Positions 1 to 14,189 are shown, numbered from the stretch's first letter. The stretch: 64,000 nt of DNA from Octopus vulgaris (GCA_951406725.2 OX597824.1:35464001-35528000), one strand, 5' to 3'. The notes: generated from the sequence alone by a model not told the origin. Made by a program: numbers and translations.

Positions 1-59
1 TGCTCACTGTTTTGTTTATATTTTCTAAACGCAACTCTAAGCTTCCTCTTTGAACAAAT

Positions 60-625
60 CCTGCTAGAAAATCAAGCTTCTGGTAACGATAATGCAATCT
101 TCATTAGATATGAATGCAACGAGTCTTGTCCTATTTCTATTTTTGCTTTTCTGTATCAGCAATGCTCAGCCTTTTCTCTCTTTTTACCAGCAATGTCATT
201 CCCTGCATCCCATGTAAATAGACTTCATGTCTTTCTTGCTGACACTTCTGAAACGATGACGTGGTTGCCTTTGTGTTCCCCAGGCCAGTTTCCCGTAGAA
301 AGATATTTCGAGATCCTCCCATTTGATATGCGTTGTACGTGGCGTACAACGTACGTAGTTGAATAAGGAGGAAGAGCCTGGATGCGAGCTAGAACGTCAT
401 TCATATTGACTCGTGTTAAGCTGCATAGGTGAAAGGCGTTGAGAAGCCGCTCATTTTTGTAACAGATGCTCCAAAACTAACTGCCAAGGAGTAATGTACT
501 GAAGCACGTAAGCTCTTTAGACTGCTAATTTCCTGTACACTATTAGCTTAATGCTTTCTAGTGACTCATTGTTAGCCTTGCTGGTGCTGAGGCTACTCGC
601 CTAATACCTCTGCTGATCTCAGATT
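60..625 (-). mobile_element. Degraded RTE-like non-LTR retrotransposon fragment (post-RT, C-terminal region)
   Basis: Broken minus-strand frames read ..CFSTLLLGS*FWSICYKNERLLNAFHLCSL.. and ..IFYGKLALGTQRQPRHRFRSVSKKDMKSI.., resembling the RTE-clade motifs LLYGSETW..LNAFHxRCL and GRPxLRFKDVxKRDMK; multiple stops and frameshifts. Confidence 0.55.
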
Positions 626-642
626 CTAATGAGAGCTTATCT

Positions 643-875
643 TATTTCTTTACTGCCTGCAAGGGGCTACACACAGAGGGAACAAACAAGGACAGACACA
701 CGGATTAAGTCGATTACATCGACCCCAGTGCGTAACTGGTTCTTATTTAATCGACCCCGAAAGGATGAAAGGCAAAGTCGACCTCGGCGGAATTTGAACT
801 CAGAACGTAACGGCAGACGAAATACGGCTACGCACATTGCCCGGCGTGCTAACGTTTCTGCCAGCTCGCCGCCTT
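643..875 (-). mobile_element. tRNA-derived SINE, family A (~230 bp)
   Basis: Minus strand reads GGCGGCGAGCTGGCAGAAACGTTAGC (A-box-like) ... GAGTTCAAATTCC (B-box) ... GCCTTTCATCCTTTCGGGGTCGAT ... ; many near-identical copies in the window. Confidence 0.9.
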
Positions 876-877
876 GA

Positions 878-881
878 ATAA

Positions 882-957
<76 letters not shown>
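878..957. repeat. (AAT)n microsatellite
   Basis: Directly visible. Confidence 0.98.
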
Positions 958-958
<1 letters not shown>

Positions 959-1453
959 CCGTGATACAGTACCAGGTAGTAGCTGTCATGGCTTCTCATC
1001 CAACTGATTTGTCTAGGTATAAGATATGTCTAGGTATAAAAGATGGGCCACAGTAAATGTTTTGCTCAATACCACAGATTTTCTGAGTATGTCCTTTAGT
1101 GTCTGACGATATGTGCATGTTTGATCACGAGCAGAAGTAGTGGGGGAGCATCATAGCCATGTGTTGAGAGGAATTCTTTGGGGTTTGAATAATACACCTC
1201 TAGAAACCTGGGTGTTTTATTCAATATCCTTAAACAACCATTATTCAGGGACATTTTGAGCGGGATGAGCTGCTCTACCTGAAGAGAATTATCTCTGGGC
1301 CCCACCTGCAAGGTCATGCGCTGTTTACCTTGATATGTGATCACCATGTCCAGCTGGTGTAAGCTTATCAGACGGGTGGTTATTATGGGTATACTGGGAA
1401 TCGTATATTTTTCCCCAGTGTCACTTTGATGACATGCACCATTCTCTCACTCA
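957..1453 (+). mobile_element. Non-coding ~500-bp interspersed repeat ending in (AAT)n (family D, copy 1)
   Basis: Collinear homolog at 14817-15368; both end CTCACTCA followed by an (AAT)n run; this copy has (AAT)n on both sides. Confidence 0.8.
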
Positions 1454-1784
1454 ATAATAATAATAATACACTTTTCTAATATAAGCAGGAGGCCAAATAT
1501 TTAATGGGAAGGAACAATCGATTACATCAGCCTCAGCACCAGATTGGTATTTAGTTTTTCGGACAGGAGCGTATGAAAAGCAAAGTTAACCATGGCGAGA
1601 TTTGAACTCAGAACATAGAGAGCCATAGCAAATATTATAATCGTGAGCGTATACACACACACACACACAAACACACACAACACAACACACACACACACAC
1701 ACACATATTATTTTATTCACCTTATTTCGAGCTGTACGGATAATACCGAACTATCTTGGTACCTAATTCAACTGAATCTCAATT

Positions 1785-1857
<73 letters not shown>

Positions 1858-1901
1858 CATACACACGCACATATAGATAAATAGATACATACATACATAC
1901 G

Positions 1902-1939
<38 letters not shown>

Positions 1940-1965
1940 CATACATATATATAGATATCTATATA

Positions 1966-2010
<45 letters not shown>

Positions 2011-2011
2011 T

Positions 2012-2187
2012 CTTTTACGCTTTTTCTTGTTTCAGTCATTTGACTGTGGCCATGCTGGAGCACCGCCTTTCGTCGAATAAATCGACCCCAGGACTTATTC
2101 TTTGTAAGCTTAGTACATATTCTATCGATCTCTTTTGCCGAACACACCAGCATCGGTTGTGAAGCGATGTTGGAGGGACAAACACAG

Positions 2188-2260
<73 letters not shown>

Positions 2261-2432
2261 AACATATACATAAACATATACGACGGGCTTCTTTCAGTTT
2301 CCGTCTACCAAATCCACTCACAAGGCTTTGGGCGGCCCTAAGCTATAGTAGAAGACACTTGCCCGCCAAGGTGCCTAGTGGGAGAGAACCCGGAACCATG
2401 TGGTTCGTAAGCAAGCTACTTACCAAACAGCC
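2012..2432 (-). mobile_element. tRNA-derived CORE-like SINE, family B, with internal (TA)n/(TG)n microsatellite
   Basis: Matches the family consensus GGCTGTGTGGTAAG..GGTTC..GGCACCTTGGGCAAGTGTCTT..(TA)n(TG)n..GCATGGCCGCAGTC..GAAACAAG; CCTTGGGCAAGT resembles the CORE-SINE domain. Confidence 0.85.
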
Positions 2433-2436
2433 TCTC

Positions 2437-2495
<59 letters not shown>

Positions 2496-2899
2496 TACAT
2501 ACATACATATATATAGACACAAGCACAGATATTCGGAATCATAAGATTACATGGTTTCTGTTATCTTTTTATTATTTTTCTTCTAATTCTCCTTCTTATT
2601 ACTAATTTCTGTTTTGTCTTCTACCCCTACATCACCACCACTACCACCACCACCACCACCACCACCACCACCACCACCACCACCGCCGAACAATATGGAT
2701 ATTGATGAGAGTGTGTCGGTATCTGTTTCTTGTGTCAGAATCTCATTGATAATATCAATGAGTTGAAACACTAACACGTTTCTCAATGCTGATGACTAAT
2801 TAACTGCGGCTCTGCCAAGAAAATCCAAAGCGAGGCGCATCCAATGATATATTCCCTGTCAAACGGTCTTAATACACATATTAAATCAGAATCGCTCTG

Positions 2900-3615
<716 letters not shown>

Positions 3616-3884
3616 CTTTGGATTTGCAATAGATCAGAAATTAAGCGAAGAATATATTTCATTATATATTCACACATTTGCCATCACAAAACAAGCCTTC
3701 ATTACATGCGCAATCACTCTCCATCGCACGCGCGTGCACAAGCGCATATTCGGTTGTTTTTATGAATGCATATTTATGTACGAGTATATCGGTATGTACA
3801 TATAAGTGATTATATATGTATATATGTATATATATATATATACGTACATAAATACACATATTTATACAGATATATATACAAATG

Positions 3885-3938
<54 letters not shown>

Positions 3939-3983
3939 TAAATTGGTGTATGTCTGTACCTTTGTGTGTATGTGTGTATACAT

Positions 3984-4050
<67 letters not shown>

Positions 4051-4233
4051 CATACATATACATACACACACAAAATCACACACACACAGACGCAGATATA
4101 TATATACACACACACACATATGTGTATATTTATATCCATATATATATATATGCGTCTGTGTGTGCATAATTTTGCCTGCATACACACATACAAGCATAAA
4201 CACGCACATGTACACATACAAGTATGTATATAA

Positions 4234-4383
<150 letters not shown>

Positions 4384-4857
4384 TTCTGCTTTATGCAAGT
4401 ATATGCTGATGTGTGTATATGTAGTTGTGTCTACTAATTAATTGTGTTGAGAAGCAATTCAGTTTCGGCGTGAAGTGTTGAGAGACATGTTATCTACAAG
4501 AGACATCCAGGAAGCCATCATGGAAAAACTTTAAGTTGATGCTGAGCTGAATGGCGTCGCTGTAGATTGAAACAAGATGTGTTATTAGCCTGTAAGCGAA
4601 ACAGATCAATCAAGGCCGATGAGGATCAGTCGTGTGTACTTTCTGCCTGAGACACAGGCAGTGAAATTTCTAATCTTTACTGATAGCAATGAAGACGCAC
4701 GCGATTCATAATATTTATTGAATATACTCTCTAATAAGGTCTAAAACGCGCGTGTGTATAGACATGTCTGCATAGATATATGTGCATGTTCCTTTGGTGT
4801 GCATGTACACAGATAAACTATTCAGTATACCTATGTATATATACACACAGACATATA

Positions 4858-4893
<36 letters not shown>

Positions 4894-4943
4894 TGTATGT
4901 ATGTATGTATGTATGTATGTATGTATGTATGTATGTATGTATG

Positions 4944-5020
<77 letters not shown>

Positions 5021-5025
5021 GTATA

Positions 5026-5072
<47 letters not shown>

Positions 5073-5081
5073 GTATGTATA

Positions 5082-5132
<51 letters not shown>

Positions 5133-5173
5133 ATATATGTATATATATATATATATATGTATGTATATATATG

Positions 5174-5206
<33 letters not shown>

Positions 5207-5234
5207 GTATATATATGTATATATATATATTTAA

Positions 5235-5273
<39 letters not shown>

Positions 5274-5444
5274 CATGGTGATAGTGGTTATGCGTTTAAT
5301 GTTTGTATGTTTGAGAAGGTATTTCACAAGCGTGTATATTCGTTACCTGCATAGAGCGATAAGTGTAAATGTTTGAACGTGCAACGTGCGTATGTGTGTG
5401 TGTTTATGTGTGTGTGTGTTTATGTGTGTGTGTGTGTGTTTTTT

Positions 5445-5492
<48 letters not shown>

Positions 5493-5935
5493 GTATTGAA
5501 GACGCGACTATTCATTAATAGCACATATTTGAAAGAAAAGTAGTCCCCTATTTATACACAGACATACACATTTACACACACATACACGCACACATATATA
5601 CATATTTATACACTCTTATACATATACACATGAATTGATATGGAAGGTGTTCTTTAATCTGCCGTATCATTACCTAACATAAATGGAGTTTTGCGTTAGA
5701 GCTACATTTGCGTCCAAAGATTTTATTGTCAACAGAATCAACGGTTAGCTGTTGCAGGCACTTCCAGGAAGTAGCCATACCTCTTAACCAATAGACTAAT
5801 AGATAATGAACTGGATTAGTAATATGAGATTCTCTATCCTGCCGGAAAACACATTCATTTTTTGCATGGAAGATAAATTTTCCAGAATAATCCAGTAGGG
5901 GGTGATTTTTTTTACTTGTAAATTGTCTTCATACG

Positions 5936-6312
5936 TGCAGGCGTAGCCGAGTGGTAAGAACTTTGCTTCCCAACCACATGGTTCTGAGGTCGGTCCCACG
6001 GCGTGGCACCTTAAGCAAGTGATTTTACACCAGCCTCGGTCCGACCAAAGCCTTGTGAGTGGATTTGGTAGGCGGAAATTGAAAAAAGCCTGTCATATAT
6101 ATTCATATCTACGTGTCTGTGACTGCCACTACCGCTTAACAACCGGTGTTGGTGTGTTTACGCCCGCGTACACTAGCAGTTTGGAAAAAAGAGATCGATA
6201 AAATGTGTACCAGGCTTAAAAGATTAAGTACTAGGGTCGATTCGTTCAACTAAAATACTTCAAGGCGTTGCACCAGCATCGCTGCAGTTTAATGACTGAA
6301 AGAAATAAAAGA
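5936..6312 (+). mobile_element. SINE family B
   Basis: GCAGGCGTAGCCGAGTGGTAAG head, GTGGCACCTTAAGCAAGTG core-like segment, tail ending AATGACTGAAAGAAATAAAAG. Confidence 0.85.
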
Positions 6313-6924
6313 TTAATTAGCAACAAATATGAACCAATTTAGCCAGTGAAACGCTGGGTGATTCCATAGTATAACCATCTCTAGCTGTCTCACTTTCTAT
6401 GTATGTATGTATGTATGTGTGTATGTATGTATGTATGCATGCATACATGCATGTATGTATATTCATGTGTGTGTAATATATGTATATATATCTTTTTTTC
6501 TGTTTTTCGTAAATTGTTTGCAGTCATTAGACTGCAGCCATATGCTAGGTTACCATCTTGAAGGGTCTAGTCGAACAAATCGACCCCAATACGTTTTTCT
6601 TAGCCTGGTACTTATTTTATCGTGCTCTCTTACCGAACTGCTAAGTTACAGGGATGTAAATACACCAACTACAGTTGTCAAGCATGGTTGTAGTTGTGAT
6701 TGTGCGCCATTGTAAAAGCCCCAAACGGCCGAAATGATTCGATTCCAGTACTTATTATTAACTATTAAGTTTGGCACTTATTCTATTGGTTTCTTTTGCT
6801 GAACCACTAAGTTATAGGGATATTAACAAACCGACACTGGTTGTCAAGTAAAAGAGTATATAAAATGTACATAAATATATATATATATATATATTAATAT
6901 ATATATGTATATATATATAATATA

Positions 6925-7058
<134 letters not shown>

Positions 7059-7071
7059 CATATATATATAC

Positions 7072-7122
<51 letters not shown>

Positions 7123-7164
7123 TACATATACATACATGCATGCATGCATACATACATACATACA

Positions 7165-7235
<71 letters not shown>

Positions 7236-7236
<1 letters not shown>

Positions 7237-7489
7237 TTATAGAAAAACAAAAGACGAAGACAAGTGTATGAACAACGTATTAGTTTCACGCTTGGGAAAA
7301 CTGAAAAGTCTTTTACGTTTTGAGCCTACGCTCTTCAACAGAAAGGAATAAGAGAAAATAAACAGAGAGGGAATGAAAAAACTTGTAGATTTCAGCGGTC
7401 CAAGATTTTTTCATCTTTCCCGAGCGGCTCAAACTAATACACTTGTTTGTATTTCATACACCTATCTTCGTTTTTTGTTTTTCTATAAA
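7236..7489. mobile_element. Penelope-like terminal segment followed by a partial inverted copy, with a degenerate hammerhead motif
   Basis: 7236-7300 and 7417-7489 are inverted copies; minus strand 7310-7345 reads CTTT CTGTTGA AGAGC GTAG GCTC AAAAC GTA AAAG; homologous to 62310-62487. Confidence 0.65.
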
Positions 7490-7544
7490 TTTCACGTATA
7501 TATATTTATATGTGTCTGTATATATATATATATATATATATATA

Positions 7545-7889
<345 letters not shown>

Positions 7890-8549
7890 GTATATTTGTA
7901 TGTATGTATGTATGTATGTATGTATGTATGTATGTATGTATATACTACTGGTTTCTTTCAGTTTCCATCAACCAAATTCACTAACAAGACTTTGCTCGAC
8001 CCGGAGATATAGCAGAATAAACTTGCGCATGGTGCAATGCAGTGAAATTGAACCTGGAACCATGAGGCTGGGAAGAAAACTTCTTACCACACTGACAAGC
8101 CTGCGCCTATATTGGAGATAAAATATCGGAATTCCTTTATTGCATTCGTACTGATTTCGCAAATATTTCAAGACCAACAATCTACCCTACACAAAATAGT
8201 ATGACCATGATAGATGGCAAACTTTGTCAAGAGGCGCAGGCGTGGCTGTATGGTTAAGATGTTTGCTCCGGATAACCTGAACGAGTCTAGAAAATGTGAA
8301 ACATGTGACTTATTGTGTGTTTTAAAAAAGAAAAAAGAATTCTGAACATTGTGTTGTTTAAGTAAGAGGTTTATTGCCTCATTGTGTTTTGGGGGAAAAA
8401 GGAAAAAAGAACATTGTTTTAGAGAAGCGAAAGTCGGCGGGCGCTTTTCGTCTTCTCCCATCATCATCATTTTTGCATCACCATCATTCATACCATTAAT
8501 GTCCAAGTCCAGCCCGCAAAGCTTCCATCTGTGTGATGCCCTTGTGGCA

Positions 8550-8920
8550 AATTATATGAAATAAAGAAGTTTGTTCCCCAGCCACATGGTTCTGGGTTCA
8601 CTCCCACTGCGTGGCACCTTGTGCATGTGTCTTCTACTATGGTTTAAGTCCGATCAATGCGTTGTGAGTGGACTTAGTAGACGGAAACTGAAAGAAGTCC
8701 GTCCGTCCGTCCGTGTGTGTGTGTGTGTGTGTGTGTTTTCCACGGCTGTTTGACAACCGGTGTTTACGTCCCTGTAAGATAGCAGTTCGGCAAGATAGAC
8801 ATATAAAATAAGTACCTGGCTTTAAAAAATAAGTACTGGAACCGATTCGTTCGACTAAAATTCTTCAAGGCGGCGCCCCAGCATGGCCGCAATCTAATGA
8901 CTGAAACAAGTGAAAGATAA
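8550..8920 (+). mobile_element. SINE family B
   Basis: CCACATGGTTCTGGGTTCACTCCCACTGCGTGGCACCTTG ... GCATGGCCGCAATCTAATGACTGAAACAAG. Confidence 0.85.
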
Positions 8921-8999
8921 ACTATAAAAAGAGATTTATGTTTCTATCTTTTCTAATGATGAAATGAACGAGTGAATTAGGTATTGGACTTCAAAATCA

Positions 9000-9760
9000 G
9001 GGACCATGATTTCAAGCCCTTCCATTTCTGAGTTCGACTTTTGAGGGTACATGAATTAATTTGCGCTGCCAAGAGAAATGTATTGCAGAAATAAGAATGA
9101 TCACCCATTGATGGATGTGTCTGAAAGTTTAATAACTGATTGTTGTAGTTTAACTGCACTGAACGAGACTCATTTCTTTATATCCATTTAGGCCCGTCCC
9201 ATCCGAAGATGAAGGCAGGTGAGGGTAAGTTATAGTTGTTATGTATAATGGCCACACACCTTTGATTTTAAATCGTGACTCATTATCGAAATAAAGTTTT
9301 ATACTCATATTGCAAATCCACCCGAAATATTTCTTTGCAAATCCACCCGAAATAGTTCTTTGCCCACGCATTTCATTCTTCTCGTTGAGGGTGATGTTGG
9401 TTGATGGAACGACACTCAATCTTTGACCTATTTCTTTAATTCCTGTTCCTTTTCTAACAAACACCCACTTATGCTTGAAAAACATACATCGACGTATTTC
9501 AAGGTACCTTTGTACTCTGTTCTCTATTTTGAATAGGTTTTCATTTAACCTTTTATATTTAGTTTTACTTTTAAGACCACATCTTGCGTTTGTTTCACCC
9601 ACACTTTTCAACGACATTCATCCTTTGTGTAGATCTTACAGTGTTTTTCATTTTATGTTTGTTCAATGGTTTTGACACACCTGCTCGATTCACTCAGCAT
9701 GTTGCGACAATCCTTTTGTGTTGCTGGACACTCACCGAGTTTCTCCATTTAAGTTCAATG
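9000..9760 (-). mobile_element. Degraded Tc1-like transposase remnant
   Basis: Joining frames across a 25-bp tandem duplication (9310-9359), the minus strand reads AWAKNYFGWICN..KLYFDNESRFKI, resembling the Tc1 motif WAKxHxxW..KVxFSDESRF; an HTH-like RAGVSKPLNK lies upstream. Confidence 0.45.
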
Positions 9761-10811
9761 CCTAAAATAAGTTATACTTTATACATAATTAAAAACAAAT
9801 AACATTTTGCATTTAGGCAATAGTGCGAGCCCTAAAAGAACCCCACTTTATTATATTACAAATCGAAGGAGAATTGCAAGCATTTTATGGCAGTAAAATT
9901 TAATTTATAGAAACATACCTGCACGATATGAATTGTTTTTATATAGTATATGTAATGTTTTACGAACTTAGCATTTCGCAATGGAGCAAAACCAATTGGG
10001 ATTGAATTAAATTTGTTTAACTTTGATGGCTCTTCTTCTGCAGTTTCAATTTAGAACTGGCGTTGAGCATAAAAATGACTGAGAAAAGAAATTCGTGGCA
10101 AATTTTCTAAAATTTAAAGAAATATTAAGAACAACCGGTTTCTCAACAACTCTATATACTTATCAGGATTTGTATTCTGGATTTAAGAGCAAGCATGCTA
10201 CATCTCTTGAAAATATCAGTTTTTGAAAACTGTAACTGCAATTTTAAGCTGTTTTGGAATATGTCAACAACCTAGATGTAAAATAGCCATGTAAAAATTA
10301 ACTTCAAGATCACTTATATTTATATTTCTTAAAATTATGACTAAACGGAGATTTATATAAACGTACACAAATAAAAGTCTTCATATCAGAATTTCTGTCA
10401 AATATTAGTTCGTGTTTGTTTTATGTAAACAAGCTTTGTATGTGCTTTCGGTGCGAATGGTTTTGATATACGGTGCCGTCTTTTACAATCCTATAAATAA
10501 TAATAATAGTATTTATATTAGCTTAAAGCTTATGGCGATCACCGTGCAATGACTAAAGAAAATAGCCTAAAAAGGGGCATATAAGCCCTCGACAGAAAAA
10601 AGAAGGCTGTCCGTATGTATGTATGTATGTATGTATGTATGTATGTATGTATGTATGTATGTGTGCATGAATGCATACGTTTATGTATGTATGTATGTAT
10701 GTATGTATGTATGTATGTATGTATGTATGTATGTATGTATGTATGTGTGTGTATGTATGTATGTATGTATGTATGTAATAGTAATAATTGTGGAGAGCTG
10801 CTAGAAACTGA

Positions 10812-11240
10812 TAAGCAACCGTTAAGGAGTTTAACAATGACATCAGGATGTCATCAGGATGTACCTGAATAAAGGTACTAAAGCAACTTTTGCAAGAGGC
10901 AAGTTCAGATAAACAGCATCCATTAAATTAGATATCAACTCTACCATCAAGAAACTTGACCCACAAGAAACTTATAAATACCTGGGAATAAACGAAGGAG
11001 ATGGCATAAATGATGCCACTATGAAGAGAAAAACATAAGAAAGGAGTATTATGAGAGAATAAGACTTGTACTGAAGACTGAACTTAACTCTAAAAATTGC
11101 GTCGAAGCCATTGACACCCTGGCAATTCTAGTCGTCCAGTATAGTTTTAATATTATTGATCGGAATCCTACAGAACTGAAACGCATAGGCAGGAAAACAA
11201 GAAAACTGTTGATACTTAATAACATGCACCTTAATGTTTT
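10812..11240 (+). mobile_element. R4/Dong-like (RLE-type) LINE, reverse-transcriptase fragment
   Basis: Frames give SIKLDINSTIKKLDPQETYKYLGINEGDG..IRKEYYERIRLVLKTELNSKNCVEAIDTLAILVVQYSFNII; YKYLG starts at ~10973. Confidence 0.8.
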
Positions 11241-11412
11241 CACTTCCTGATTTAACGTTATTAATATTTCCTCTAAGTTTTTGAGTGCCAAATTTCGGTA
11301 CTTTTTAGTCATATTAGATGTAGTTGGTTAGTTATGAACATAATGAACATACTTTATGTTAGTATATAAAAACCACACACACACACGCACACACACACGC
11401 GCGCACACGCGC

Positions 11413-11465
<53 letters not shown>

Positions 11466-11469
11466 CACA

Positions 11470-11800
11470 TAAATGTAAGATCTAGGGATCGAGTTGTAGG
11501 AAGAAAGTTAGCTTCAAGCAATCCGTAGTAAATATTAAAATAACTTCCAGGGACAATAGAGGTTTATTGAGACGGAAGGTTGTGGATTTGTTTTTGTATC
11601 GAAGTACGATAAGCTGAAAAAAGTTCTTTCTATATTTCACGGTAGGCGACCAGGGTTGCCGGGAGTGCGAATAAGAACACAAGAGTTACGGACCTGAATA
11701 GGAAAGATCCGGGCTACATATGTTTCATAACGAGCGGAACCTCAGAAGTGGTAAAAAATCCAAACGAGGTGTATACCGTCGGCTGTTCTTCAGGCCAAGG
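11470..11800 (-). mobile_element. Penelope-like terminal segment nested in the R4/Dong-like LINE
   Basis: Interrupts the LINE reading frame and carries a type I hammerhead motif at 11711-11797. Confidence 0.55.
11711..11797 (-). ncRNA. Type I hammerhead ribozyme motif (Penelope-type)
   Basis: Minus strand: GGC CTGAAGA [long, imperfect helix II] GAAAC ATAT GTA GCC; intact core, helix I GGC/GCC, palindromic helix III ACATATGT. Confidence 0.7.
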
Positions 11801-12904
11801 CTATCTAGTTTATAAATTCGCAAGGCATTTGACGTTAACCCTGAATTAGATGAAGAACCTGAAACCACTGCTACCAAGCAAGCAAAATGAACCAAACAGA
11901 TTGCTAAAAAAAGGAAAGGGCAGAAACAAATTGAGGAGCGATGGAACCAAAAGTGCCTGCATGGACAATATATTCTTCGAAGTCAAAATCCTGATGTAAA
12001 CAAAGCAACATCCCATCAGTCACTGGGCAGTTTAGGACTGAAAGCAGATCTGAAGGCTTCATACTGGTTGTACAAGATCAAAGCTTGTTTACCAGAAATT
12101 ACCAGGCTAATGTTCTTAAAAACGGTGCTGACACAAAATTCAGATTCTGAAACACATGTGATGAAACAATACACCATCTTTTTTTTTTGGCTGCTGTCCT
12201 GTACTAACACCAAACAAGTATAAAACCTCCACGAGAGGGTAGGACAGTATTTACATTGGAAAATATAAAAGCACGAATAAATCGATACAGATGCTAACTG
12301 CTATGAACACCATCTTGAGCCAGTGGCTGAGATAAAAAAGTCACCATCTTCTGAGATTTCCTAGTCTACACTGATAGAACAATCCAGGCTAAACGACCAG
12401 ACATAATTATTAGAGACGGGGATGAAAATATTTGTAGACTGATATATGTAAGTGTCCCCATTGATAAAAATATATCTGCAAAGGAATTTGACAAAGTAAA
12501 TATAAGGACCTGGAAATTGAAATACAAAAGATGTGACATCTTAAAACAAATACTGTTCCTCTTATTATAGGTGTTCTTGGTATGATAAACTAAAAAGGGA
12601 TGTCAGAAACATCTAGACATCCCAGGAGAACCACATTTCAAAATTTTTTAAAGATTTTGTTGACAAGTACCGCCCACATCCTTAGAAAAATCTTATCGGT
12701 TTAAATGTTTGTGTTGTATTATATGGTTGTATTTCAGTATTGCCCACCCACCCCCACCGCTTCCCACCACCCAAGCTCTGAGTTATATTTAAGCATCCCT
12801 TAACCTTCATTTTCCCTCGGGCGCTGGATGTGTCCAGGCAAATGATTGCATCAAGCATACAGATGATGATGATGATGATGATGATAATAATAATAGTAAT
12901 GATG

Positions 12905-12977
<73 letters not shown>
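11800..12977 (+). mobile_element. R4/Dong-like LINE 3' part (degenerate zinc knuckle, restriction-like endonuclease, 3' UTR, (GAT)n(AAT)n tail)
   Basis: Frames give EERWNQKCLHGQY..VQDQSLFTRNYQ..TCDETIHHL..TDRTIQAKRPDIII..KYKDLEIEIQKM..VPLIIGVLG..TAHILRKILS, followed by the (AAT)n run to 12977. Confidence 0.85.
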
Positions 12978-12979
<2 letters not shown>

Positions 12980-12984
12980 GTTTC

Positions 12985-13185
12985 GGATTTTTCCACAAGG
13001 GCAGCAATTTTGGGAGAAGGTATGAGTTGATTACATCGATCCCAGTATTCAACTGGTACTTATTTTATCGACCCCAAAAGGATGAAAGGCAAAGTCGACC
13101 TCGGTGTAATTCGAACACAGAATGCAAAGATGGAAGAAATGCCGCTAAGTATTTTACCCGGCATACTAACGATTCTGCCAGCTCA
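12985..13185 (-). mobile_element. SINE family A variant
   Basis: TTATCGACCCCAAAAGGATGAAAGGCAAAGTCGACCTCGG core; alternative tail. Confidence 0.8.
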
Positions 13186-13327
13186 AAGTGTAAAAAGGAT
13201 AAAGCTCCCTCCCCTTCGGTCATGAATGACTAAGGGGTTGCACCTAGAAGGTTAACCTCCGTGGCACAAGTCCAGGCAAGGTTCTTTATGGAAGGTCAAC
13301 AGAAGCTCATGCATACCAGCCTTCCAG

Positions 13328-14183
13328 ATAAATTTAAGCGGTGGAAATAAGATACCGGGTATCAGTATATGGGCCGTTGCATCTCTACGGTATAGCGCTG
13401 GTGTCATAGAGTGGAGAAGTTATAAACTTATGGTTAATTCTTACATGAAATGCCTGAGACTGTGGACAAAGATCGGAGAGTAGTATAAGAAAAGCGACTT
13501 AAAAGTGGAAACTGAAGCCCTTACTTTTGCAGCCCAAGAACAGGCACTGAGGACAAACTATATCAAGTTCAATATTGACAAGTCAGTGGCCTCCTCACTT
13601 TGTAGGTTGTGTGGTGAGAAAGGTGGGACATTAAACCACATTATTAGTGAAAGTGAGATACTTGCATTGAAAGAGTACAAGAGAAAGCACGACAACATTC
13701 CCAGACGTTTCACCAACCGTAAAGGGTTGCTGAAAATGAACAATTTAAGATCTTGTGGGACATTACAATCCAGTGAGACCATTTTATCGTTGCTAGAAAA
13801 CCTAACATTGTTGTCGTAGAAAAGAAAAACAAAGCAATTAATGTGGATATTGCTTCGCCTTGGGACCACATGGTAAATGTAAGAAAGTTGAAGCTGAAGA
13901 TAGGAAACTGGAAACTATGGAGAATCAGACGCTTAAATGCAGAACCGATTGTGGCTGATGCACTGGGAGCAGTTAGTAAAAGACTGGATGCAAGGCTTGA
14001 GAGGTTAGCAATTACCATCAGGACGGGACTCTTGCAGAAAACAGCGTTCTTGGGAAACAGCAAGGGTTCTAAGGAGTATGTTAGAATGTTAAAGGCTTTG
14101 GCTAGCTATTTTCGTAAAGTGCCAGTAAAACATCTGCCAGAGCAAAAGCCTCATGGACAATGAATATGATGATGATGATGATG
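13328..14183 (+). mobile_element. Second R4/Dong-like LINE fragment (internally deleted)
   Basis: ORF-track peptides ETEALTFAAQEQALRTNY..CRLCGEKGGTLNHIISE (CCHC-like) and DIASPWD..EPIVADALGAVSK..LQKTAFLG, plus KILWDITIQ..ARKPNIVVV in another frame; ends in (GAT)n. Confidence 0.85.
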
Positions 14184-14189
14184 ATTCTC

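Noticed and set aside
629-877. Recurring peptide RPRKDERQSRPRRNLNSERNGRRNT in several ORFs
   Set aside because: Antisense translation of SINE family A, not a gene family.
6342-6372. Short hairpin plus ATAGT resembling a Helitron 3' end
   Set aside because: Non-canonical terminus; no 5' end or second copy identified.
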